DNA from: Lama glama
Lineage: Eukaryota
Reading direction: 5' to 3'
Assembly (NCBI GenBank): GCA_028534125.1
Contig: CM052816.1
Coordinates: 96,474,001 to 96,534,000 of the forward strand
Length of the DNA: 60,000 nt
Shown here: one piece after another, positions 1 through 10,445 of the stretch
Position numbering within the stretch: the stretch's first letter is position 1
How the letters are laid out: every line of letters begins with the position of its first letter
Made by a program: the position numbers and the translations under genes
The notes under the pieces: model-generated
Databases searched by the model: none
Seen by the model: only the letters and a program-made list of their open reading frames with translations
Told to the model about the DNA's origin: nothing

Positions 1-847
1 GCAAATAACTCACTTTCTATGCAAAATATGAGTTATCGGAAGTTTATTTTAAACTATCTCCACTTCATTCCCTTAATGTTTGCTTCCCAGTGGCAGTCGG
101 CAAAGATTCTGATTATTGCTCTCCTACCCAGGGTGAAGATGGGATGTTGCCAAGCCTCACACAGCAAGGCGGGGAAGAGATGCTGCTTGGATTAGCTCTC
201 CATCCCACCCGCCCGTGGCCCTGGGCCTGCCCGATGGTCTCCAGAAGTCTGGACATTGTCAGGAATGTCACGCATGGAGTTAGTGCAATGAATTATCCAT
301 TTATACCTCTTAGCCTCTGTATTCTGAGTTCGGAAGGGGAACCTGTTGTCATCCATTTACCTGGGAATGATTGTTGCTCCCACTCTTGTCCTGGTTGTCA
401 TGGTACCCAGAGCTCACGGCAGCATCCAGATATGCAATAGCCTGCTCTTTGGTCCCCAGCTGCTTTGCCTGGGACAAAGTAATAGCTTATTTCCTGACTG
501 ACACCTGAAAATCTATTTATGATTTATTCTCTCATGACTCATCTTCTGAAAGAGCTTGTCATTATTGACAGGGCGGTATTTGCCTTACATTCTTCAAATA
601 ACTCACTCTGGGGCCACATCCCCCTGTGAGGCCCCCTGGGGCCCAGGTGATTGCGTGCCATTTCTCTTCGAGGGCCTTTTAACCCACACTATATTGGAAA
701 TGTAAATCATCCTCCAGGGGACACTGACATCTATTTTGAGAGCTTCCTCACAGCTCAGGGATTGGAGTGTGGAGGAATCATCCAGAAAAAATAAAAAAGT
801 TCCCCATGGAATTTGATTTCCAGTCCAATGTCTCAGTCTACAGATTC

Positions 848-975
848 TATCAATTATTCAGCATTTATTCATCTTCTACCATGTGACCGTTCCGAGTCTC
901 GCGTGCCTCGTTACGTGCTGGACACCCACAGTTAGATGAGGTCGGGTGGCCTTTTACTCAACCGGAGTGTGTAAA
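848..975 (-). mobile_element. L2 3'-end fragment, locally CpG-rich
   Basis: ttattcagcatttattcatcttctaccatgtg...gtgctggacaccc resembles the reverse complement of the L2 tail. Confidence 0.45.
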
Positions 976-2738
976 CAGCTCTTTTAGATCATTCCTAGAA
1001 GAGAATACTAGAATTCATTTTACCCAAAATAATTATATTACTTGACTGTTTTTATCAATTAAGAGTTAATCATAGCTAAAAAGAAATTTAATTCTTGAAT
1101 TAAAGATTTTTCCATTTTCCCCAAATAATTGGTAGCACAAATTACCACTGAATGGCCAAATCAGCGGCTGCACTGATCCCAGATCCCAAGTCCAGTGGAC
1201 AAACGCCTTCCCCCCACCCCCTATACCCCTTTCCTTACACCCCCCAACGTCCCTTATACTTTGGCCATTATTTATTTCACAGTGGAACAGTACATGATTC
1301 AGAAAATCTCCTTGACACCATAGGAGGCAGCCCCACTTGGGAGACGTGTAAAAGCCCAACTTGTTACATAGATTGTGGCAACTCTGAACACCCTTCAGGG
1401 TATATTTCAGGGATTCCAAGCCAGGCTCTTGTTTGAATAAAAAATTGCTGGCTGGTGTGGGGAGCCTATCTCAACACAAGGCATTGATTCTGTCCTGTGA
1501 AGGTAAAGCCATCACTCATCCTGTCCTCCTTGGGCAGGAGACAATCACTTGATGAAGAGAATGGCCCGGCGTTATCAGGGGACAATGACCCAGGTTCGGC
1601 CACAATCACAAATGGACAAAGAGGTGATTTTCAGTATGTGTGGCATAACCGGTTTCATGACCATCTAGTTTTATGAAAATAAAATGTTACAATTTTGAAT
1701 TTGTGAAAAAACTTTATGACATTATTCATACTGTGAAAATATTCTAAGAGAGCGAGAGACTGAGGCTGATTTACCTTACAGTAATTAACTCCCCAGTACA
1801 ATGCACAATTTTATTGATTGTGATTATAACTGACTTCTTATGTGTAAACATTTTGATATCACGTGTCTCTGTGCCTTGCTCTTAAAAAGTCTGTTCTTTA
1901 ATGGATGATTCCTTTCAAACAAACTAAGATACTCATGTCTTTTTCCTGCACAGCGACACTTCTAAACACTCCAGTGTTGCTGAGGACATGAATCACTATG
2001 ACTGATTTCTTCTCATCCTCCGTGAGCACGGCATCCTGCTCTCTTTACTGAATTATCAATCCACTTGCCACGTTGTAAGTGTCTTGTGGGTGAACCAGTC
2101 CCCAGTCTCCTAGTGCTGAGATGCACCACTGCTGGTCAGATCCAAGCACTCTGGAAGACAGAAAACACAAAATAAAAATGTATGGGTCAATAGCACCTAC
2201 CAGAGACCATGCCAGGAGATCAGCTGCGTCACTCATCAACTTACTGCCCCCTCCTCCAAACATCCTCTCGTCATCTTGCTCTGTGACAAAATAACCAGCA
2301 ACACTAAGGAATCCTCCTCTTCCAACCAGGAAGATGTTAGACTGTCAGGAGACGGGCTGCTGCGGGGGCACTGCGTGAGAAAAGGTGATTTTTTTCTTGA
2401 CGCTAAAGTACATCCCTACTTGCTTGTTTCAAGGCTGCCAAAGCTATGTCCTCGGTGCTCGCCCTCTAGCAAGTTTGCTGTGACCCCCAGGAATCCTGAT
2501 CTTCACTTCCCCAGTCGCTGTGGACCAGCTCAGATGGGGGCTGGCATCTACTGGGCTGTGTCCACACCTCCAACAGGGTCCCAAACAGACAGTGGGGAAA
2601 AAGGAGGAGGGAGAGAGAAAAAGAACCTGAGAGCTGTTCAGGTGGAAAACTGCTGGTCACCAGGAGGTTGGTCTGGGAGCCGGTTTGGTGATGAACTAGT
2701 ATTGGATGTGTTAAGTAAATGTGGCATCAAGATCCTTC

Positions 2739-3998
2739 TGTCTTGACTATTGTGAGTAACGCTGCAATGAACGTAGGAGCTCAGATGTTTTTGAGATCTC
2801 GATTTCAATTCTTTTAGATATGCATCTAAAAGTGGGATTGCTGGGTCATATGTTTGTTCTGTTTTTATTTTTTTGAGGGAACTTCACACTCTTTTCCACA
2901 GTGGCTGCACCGTTTTACATTGGCACCAACAGTGTGCAAGGGCTTTAATTTCTCCACATCTTCATCAATACTATTTTTTTTTTTTTGGATAATAGCCATT
3001 CTGACAGGTGTGGGGTGATGTTTCAATGTGGTTTTGATTGACATTTCCTGATGATTAGTGACAATGAGTGCCTTGCACATACTTGTTGGCCATTTGTATG
3101 TCTTCTTTGGAGAAATGGATATTCAAGTCCTTTGACCTTTTTTGACTGAGTTAGTGGGTTTGTGTTTGTTTGTTTTCTTGCTATTGAGTTATAGGAGCCT
3201 CTTATTTATTTTAGGTATTATCACCAACAGATAGACGTCTTGCAAATATTTTCTCCCGTTCTGTAGGCTGCCTCTTCATTCTGTTGTTTCCTTTGCTGTG
3301 CAGAAGCTTTGTAGTTTAATTCATCCCACTTGTCTGTTTTTGTTTTTGCTGCCCTTGCCTTTGGTTTCACATCCAAGAAATCAACCTAAATGTCTGTTGA
3401 TGGATTAATGGATAAAAAAACAACATAAAATATACATACAATGAAATGTTATTCAGCCTTTAAAAAAGGAGATCTTGCCACACACAGCAACATGGCTAAA
3501 CCTGGAGGACATTATGCTGAGTGAAATAAGGCAGTCACAGAAAGACTAACACTGTGTGAGTCCACTTACCTGAGGTGCCTACAGTGGTCACACTTACAGA
3601 AGCAGAGAGTGGGATGGTACTTGCCAGGGGCTGGGTGCAGAAGGAAATGGGGAGTTGCTGTTCATGAGTGCAAAGTTTCTATTATGCAAGATGGATAAAG
3701 TCGAAAGATCTGATGCACAGTATTGTGCCTGTAGTAAACAATACAACATTGTGCACTTACAATTTTGTTCAAAGAGTAAATCTCACGTTAAATGTTCTCA
3801 CCACAATAAAAAATAAAACAAACAAAACATAAACACGAAGAAACAGGAGGAAATTTTGGAGGTGATGAAGATATTATTGTTTTGATTGTAGCAGGTTTTG
3901 CAGGTGTATATGTATGTCGGGATTAACTGAATTGTATACTTTAAATACGTGCAGTTGCTTGAATACCAGTTATACCTCCACAAAGCTATTTACAAAAC
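2739..3998 (+). mobile_element. 5'-truncated, 5'-inverted L1 (L1MA/L1MB-like). ORF2 C-terminal segment inverted at about 2739-3383; forward ORF2 end and 3'UTR at about 3379-3998
   Basis: Minus ORF 2865-3080 (IKTTLKHHPTPVRMAII...EDVEKLKPLHTVGANVK) is L1 ORF2 C-terminus. Forward part has aatcaacctaaatgtc, ctggaggacattatgctgagtgaaataag and the terminal ttatacctccacaaagct plus an A-rich tail. Confidence 0.92.
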
Positions 3999-4567
3999 AA
4001 AGACTTCCTGGGGTCACTCCCTCCGCTCCAGCTCAAAATACAGAAAGAAAAGGTTGACCTCTAAACTGATTTATGGTTTAATATTACCTAATTGAAGTTA
4101 AAAATTCCACGGAACATTTTAAATGTCACTATTTACAATAAAGTGTCCTATTTTAACAAATTAAATTTAATTCTATTGGCCTGGAGGCCTTTCAGTCTAA
4201 ATCGGCATTTTGAGCTGTACAGTTGAGATCTAACCAGTCTCTAATATTAAAAAGCTTCTGGCATTTTCTAAGTGATTTGTGCAGATTGTTTTCTCAAATA
4301 TCTTTATACAACATCTAAGGAGCTGGATAAGCCACGGCACATGGCTGGCGACGCTAGCAGTTCAGCTCCGTAGATCAGCGAGTGGTAAGGTTGTTATTTA
4401 CACACACTGTTGAATGTATTAAAGCAATTGTCATAGCGACTCAGTCAGTGCTGTTTTATGTCAGGACCCAGGGTCAGCCACTAAGGATGGAGTGGAGCTG
4501 AGACGGAAAGGAGGCTGATAATTAAACAAAAATATCGATTAGACATTGGCTGATAATTAGAGTCAAG

Positions 4568-4618
4568 CTCTCTCTCGCTCTCTCTCTCTCTCTCTCACGC
4601 ACACACACACACACACAC
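4568..4618. repeat. compound (CT)n(CA)n microsatellite
   Basis: ctctctcgctctctctctctctctctcacgcacacacacacacacacac. Confidence 0.95.
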
Positions 4619-5589
4619 GAGTCTGCTGCATCTGAGACAACCCCAGGGCTGGTCTGTCAGTGGACCCAGGGTGATCTGCCCTGGAGTAGCCCACCAAGGG
4701 CGTGCACATCCTCATGGCACCAGACCTCCAAGTGGGGAACCCCAAGTTGTACTCCCTGCCTATCTGCCCGGGCACCAAGATCAGCTGGGGGAAATTATCT
4801 TATTGCTTTGACACTGCTAGTGAATAGACAACTCACAGCTCTGCAGTTCAGATCTGTTGTACACGTCAACCACTTCAATTCAAAATCAAGGTCACATATT
4901 AATATATACAAAGGAGTGGACCAAAAACAAACCTGATCTGTAACTCATTGGAAATAATAACGAAGACAGAAAAAAGAAATGAAGCCACTCCAGCATGTAT
5001 TCTTTTCTGAAAATATCTCCACAAGTGTAAATTTCTTATCTTTATGAAACTGCATTTTCATTTCATTCATCCTGCATCTCTCCTGAACCCCCAATTTGCT
5101 GTCTTTTCAGTCATTTGGAAACTAATTTCTTTCCACATGAACAATTAGGAATTTCATAAGAGTTCTGTGAATTAAACCTTCATATCCCTTATAGGGTTTT
5201 GCTTTCTCTTCTGTGGGCTTTCAGGTCGCTTGAGATGGAATCTCCCCCGAGCTCCTTTGTGCAGCTGCCCCATTATTTTCCTTTTCACCATCTGCAGTCA
5301 AGACCTTCCTCTCATTTTAATGCAGGAACACAGGTAACACCCACGGATGAAACAGTTCTCCCTTCAGCATATGGTGAGTTCTTCATCACTGTCAAGGGAT
5401 GCTTCTAAATTCTTAAAACAAATTTCTCTTCATGTTTTCTGTACAAACTAAATAGTACTATAGTTCGCTCCCTAAGCAAACCATTTACCACAACAGTGTT
5501 TCCAAACAGGATCAAGTATCTTTCCTGATGCTTCTCATGTGCAATTAGTGTCTACATGTTCTACAGCGTCATTAAATATTCTCGCTCCA

Positions 5590-6250
5590 TATTGCGGCCA
5601 TTGCAGCGACATCACTTGCCAGTCGCTTCTCGGAATTGGACGTGTACGCGTGCCCGCTCTCCCCCACGCCCCTCCGCGCCGGCGGCGCCCCGTGTGGACG
5701 AGGGGAGCCCACGCCGCGTGGCGCCGCTCACCTGGTGCCCGTCGCCACGACCCAGGCGCGTCTCCGCGGGGACTCGGGAAGAAACCCCTGGGAAAACAGA
5801 GGCAGCCCCAACAGCCGGAAGACACACGGTGAATGCACACAGCCTTCATGGTAACGTTAAATAGAGCGTTATTTCAGAGAGAAAATACTGCACAAGAAAA
5901 ACACTGGTGAAAGGTCAAGACAAGCACATCCTACAGCAATCGACGCAGTTATTCCAATATTAAAATCAGCTAGGTAGTGGGTGTGTTGACTTGAAAGAGC
6001 AATTCTCCTCAGATGCCCCGACTCACACCCAAGAATTGCTCTGAGTTTGCCTGACTTTCGTGTTTCAGTGATACCAGCCTTCCAGCTGCATCTTCAGCGC
6101 CTCCGGTCCTCTCCTAGGTGGAGACAACAGGGACGGCCCGCCCCTCTCCCGCGCCTGCCCTGTGCCTCCTACGCGCCCGCCGCTCCGGCCCCTCGAGGCA
6201 CGCCGTGGCCCCTCACTGAGCGAAGCAGGAAAAGCAACGCCAGCTTAAAT
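5590..6250. promoter_or_regulatory. small bipartite CpG island (about 5590-5830 and 6090-6250); candidate promoter/enhancer
   Basis: Dense CpG (ccgcgccggcggcgccccg, cgcgcccgccgctccgg) and GC-box-like ccacgcccc and cccgcccc in an AT-rich background; function not demonstrable from sequence. Confidence 0.5.
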
Positions 6251-6334
6251 GGGTTCCTACGAGAATTTAGTAAGACACTGTATTGAAAATATGTATGGTG
6301 GATGGATAATCCCAAACCCAGTAACTTTTAGTTC

Positions 6335-6482
6335 CTGTTTTCTTTCCTTCGACTCCTTCCTCTGTCCCCTTTTTCTCTCCTCAGTCTTTAAAACTTGTCT
6401 TTCGTTCCTTTCAGCTCCCCTTTGATGCCCCTCAACTCCCTTCCTTCCCTAAATCATCCTCCCGCCCATGCTTCTCTCCTGC
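6335..6482. repeat. pyrimidine-rich low-complexity tract
   Basis: Mostly C/T on the + strand. Confidence 0.7.
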
Positions 6483-6694
6483 CTGATGACGCTACGCTAC
6501 CGGCCACGGACGTTCACACATGGGTAAGGGAAACTTGCTGCTAAACCTCAGTTTCTTGACCCTAAACCTTGAGATCATCATTCTAACTTCTGGAGTGGAA
6601 ACCAGGAAGGCGCAAGTTTAAAAAGAAACCCTAGAGATACCAATCTAATTGGGGGGAAACACTGCTGTCATCGGCAACATAAAACGCTCAAGAA

Positions 6695-6916
6695 AGGGCT
6701 TCCCAGTGTTGGCTGCCCATCAGAATCACTGGGGAGTGTTTAAAAACCCTGCTGTCCATTCACACACCAGAGCAAATAAATTGGAGTCCTTCAGCGAGGG
6801 GTCCATGAACAGCAGTTTTATAGGGAAAGCCAACACACAGCGGTTGTGAAATATTCGTAAGATTTTAACAAAGACTTTAGTGATTCTCACACAGATTACA
6901 GTTTGGGAAACACTGA
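6695..6916. mobile_element. MER5-type hAT-Charlie MITE
   Basis: ttggctgcccatcagaatcactggggagtgtttaaaa...gtgattctc...agtttgggaaacactg matches recalled MER5A/B features. Confidence 0.75.
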
Positions 6917-7021
6917 TTTAAAGTGACAGATTATATACCTCGTATAAATAATATAAACACCTCCTATAAATAATAGGGGTGTTCAGTACACTCAAATATT
7001 ATGAAATAAGCTGTTGCTATT

Positions 7022-7200
7022 TTAAAATAATAAACTATTTTAAGGTAGTTTTAGACTAACAGAAAGGTTGCAAAGACAGTCGAGAGGGTTCTGTGCACCC
7101 CAACGCGGCCTCGCACATTCCCGACATCCCATATGCGATACATTCATCCCAGCTAACAAACCTCGATCAATGGATGATTCTTAACTCAAGTTAATAGGGT
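7022..7200 (-). mobile_element. old L1 (L1MB/L1MC-like) 3'-end fragment
   Basis: tattttaaggtagttttagactaacagaaaggttgcaaagacagtcgagagggttctgtgcaccc. Confidence 0.65.
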
Positions 7201-8499
7201 GATTTGTCACATATCCTTAAATATGTCTTAGCTTTTTTTCTTTTAAAATTTTTAAGTACCACGCAAACTTAAAATCAAACTCATCACATCCATTTTGGGT
7301 ATATTACATAAGATTTTCATACTCAGAATGCCAAGGTTATTAGGTTAATCGTGTGATTGATGCATAATGATCAAGTGGTATGGCACGTGATTAAACATGT
7401 TGAGATGAAGAAAGAAAACATTGCTTTTCATTGTTTTTGTTCTTGTATAAATTGTCTCCTTATCTTTCCTTTATTTTTTAACCTTAGGGGAAGTTAAAAA
7501 GTGGTGCTTTATGTTTTGGGGATCTTGTGGACGGAAGACAGTGTAGGGTAGCTGCTTTTGGTTTCAACCTTATTATGGCCACATGTCGACCATCCAGCCC
7601 AGAGATAATGAGCTGCCGACGTCTCTGTGGGCTGATGGGCAAGGCTTTCTTCTCTTTGATAAGTTACTTAACTTGCTCTCCTCTCTGCCCTGTCACAGAA
7701 CCTTGTTTCTTTTGTCCTTTGGAAAAAATAATTTAAACTTTGTTCTTTTCCTCTGATCCCTAGCCCAGGAATATTTAATGTCCAAGAGCACAGGGCTAGA
7801 ATCAGGTGGATGGAGAGGCATTTGGAAGTCAGAGTAAGGAAAGAAAAAAGGAGAGGGAGACAGTGGGGAGGGAAGACAGAGAGAGAAACAGAGGGAATTC
7901 TATTTACTCTAAATGTATTGCTAATAATGAAACTGATGAATAATGAATAATGAAACACTATTAAATACCAAAGCACAGGTTTCCCAATGAAAACCACCAA
8001 ACTTTTTTTTATAAGAATTTACCTCTCAAGACATACAAATACAACCTCTGCCCTTAATAACCATCTCTGCAGCTGGAAGTCAATGACAGCGCTCATTTTA
8101 TTAATAAGATAAGTAAAGCTTCCATTCATATCCTAAGCATATGATCCTTTGCAAAACTGTGTTATCTAGGAGCAGAGACAAGATGTGCAGAATTTTTAAT
8201 GTTTCTGTTCATGTGGGTCTTTTTCTTTGGTCACTCTTACCTTGAGAAACCAAAGGACAAAGCATTCAAAATTTAAGAATGTAATTTGAGTCTTGTATCC
8301 AAGGGGAGGGAAACAAAAAGAAACACCGTGTCCTTAGAACGCAGGGTTCAAGGCTCTGTGGGTAAAATCAAATATGGTGCAAACTGTGGGATAACGAGGC
8401 TGCTGGGAAGTGGCACTAGAGTTTGCAACGATTAAAGAGCCTGAGTTGGGTTTTATTTAGGGACGGTATTTGCCACATAACTGAGCATAAGCAGTTGTC

Positions 8500-8790
8500 A
8501 GAAAATAAAACTAATAGAAATATTTAATAGAACATAGACTGTGCAGAATGACTGCATATACCCACACGTATGTGGGAACACCCTCTGGTGTTTCTGTAAA
8601 TTTGCACGTGTGTTCATGTGCACATCTATAATTACACTGCATCATCAGGCAGAAAACATCACAATTGTTAAAGTGGTAAATAATCATTTTTTTCTCAGAA
8701 GAAGGCATTGAATGTGATGCTTTTTTCTTTGTGTTCTGTATTTTTAAACTTTATGTCATATGCCTGTGATACTTCCATGCTGGGCAAAAT
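8500..8790 (+). mobile_element. old L1 (L1ME-like) 3'-end fragment
   Basis: cacaattgttaaagtggt...ttttttctttgtgttctgtattttttaaactttat...tgtgatacttccat. Confidence 0.5.
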
Positions 8791-10279
8791 AAGCATCGTT
8801 TGCATTTTCTCAATTATTTTTCTTTGATTCATTTATCTATGATTTCAGGCACATGGGTGACACTGCCATTCAAATATGAGCTAGGAAACATGGCTGGTTA
8901 TTTAAGGTTAAAATAGAACCAAGAAATGGGGCATCCTTCCAGATCCATGAGTCAGCAGGTTGTCACAGATGATTAATTCTCAGAGAGAAAGCCACATCCA
9001 TTGTGTGGATGCAAATGATCTATGACACTTAAATTTTAAATATGAATAATGATAACCACAGCAAAGCAAAAATTAAACTGGTTTAGAACTGTACTACTTT
9101 CAATGAAAGCAAAAGCATACGTGAGATGAGCTCTGAAAATGAGAAAGTACACCAGCGAGATGTTGTGCATAACGAAGTGCTCTTAGAGTAGGCACATTGA
9201 GCCAAATCCTCCGTGCAGTCAGATGACGGTAATTGGCATCTTTAGGTGACAATGTTATTTTTCTGGTCAGTTAATTGTTAAAGTAAAAACATCCCACGCA
9301 CCTGGAGTGCCAAATTGTTTTTTCAATTTATGTAAAGTGACTTTTGGATCTAATCTTTTTCTAATGAAATCACTGTGAATTTTTAAATGAAGTCAACACT
9401 TTTTTAAAAACGGACCATCCTGCAGCTCACCATTGTAAAGCAATTTAAACCTCCCACTTAATGTCTCACGTTAAAAAAATTAATAACCTGAATAGATTTT
9501 TGGCTGTAAAATGACAGAAATATAACAGTCAAAATGAATTATTTAGACTGTCGAACTAGTATTAACCAAAATAACTTTTTATATCCCTAAAATAGATAAT
9601 TGGTGAAAAAAAAATCACTTCTAGGTGCTGAACAAGATAACTGTCTGTGATCACTGAATGTGGGTCTCTTCCCCAAGTTTGTGTGAGTAACTTCAGACAG
9701 GGCCTTATGGGCCTGTCTAAGTATGATCAAGGTGCTCAGATCTAAATTACAGACATGATGTCTCAAACACCCACAAATGCACACTATGAGGGTACACAGA
9801 TAACCAGCGGTGCAGGAGTTTTAACAAATCTGATGCGATCGTCATGTTTTCTGGAATCTCTGACTAGTGAACAGAAGTTTTGGATGAACTTCCCTTCCCT
9901 TCTTCATTCCAAACTGTTTATATGATTATGAGCCAGTCCCTCAAACTCTGGGAACTGAAGCTTCTTTATTTGCAAAATAATTTGAGAGAGAAAAATATAG
10001 TAAAACATTGAGAGTCGGAGGACACAGGAACTAAAACATAGTATACAGAGGAGCCAAAAGGAAATTATCTTTCTGTCATTATTTAACAAGTGTTTAGAAG
10101 GTTATGAGTAGGGTTAGTATGTAAGAGAAATGTACTTTATGCATTCATCTAAAATACATTAATGTTTAGTCATTATTCAAATAACATGGAAATACGTACG
10201 TGGGGGGTTGGAGATGTTTATGGAGGGACAGTTGAATGCCCTTCTAGTCTCTTTAGAGAGATATCTGCTTGAGTCCACA

Positions 10280-10445
10280 TACAAACTCCACGAAGTGGCT
10301 ATAACCTTCCCTGTTTTACAGGCAGGAGAGCAGGACGAGAGAAGCGGAGCTGCCTGGCCAGCATCCCGCAGCCGGGAGGGGCTAATCAGAATCAGAACCC
10401 AGTCCCTGTGACTGACGTCAAAGGGCGACTTCTCCCATGCCGCCG
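10280..10445 (-). mobile_element. MIR SINE, GC-shifted
   Basis: ccctgttttacaggcaggagagcagg...ctggccagcatcccgcagc...atcagaacccagtccctgtgact follows the MIR core order. Confidence 0.65.

Noticed and set aside
5732..5787. One frame of the candidate exon reads GFLPESPRRRAW, like the PESPR motif of SLC22/SLC2 transporters
   Set aside because: It lacks the following WL and no other transporter exons are visible; probably chance in GC-rich DNA
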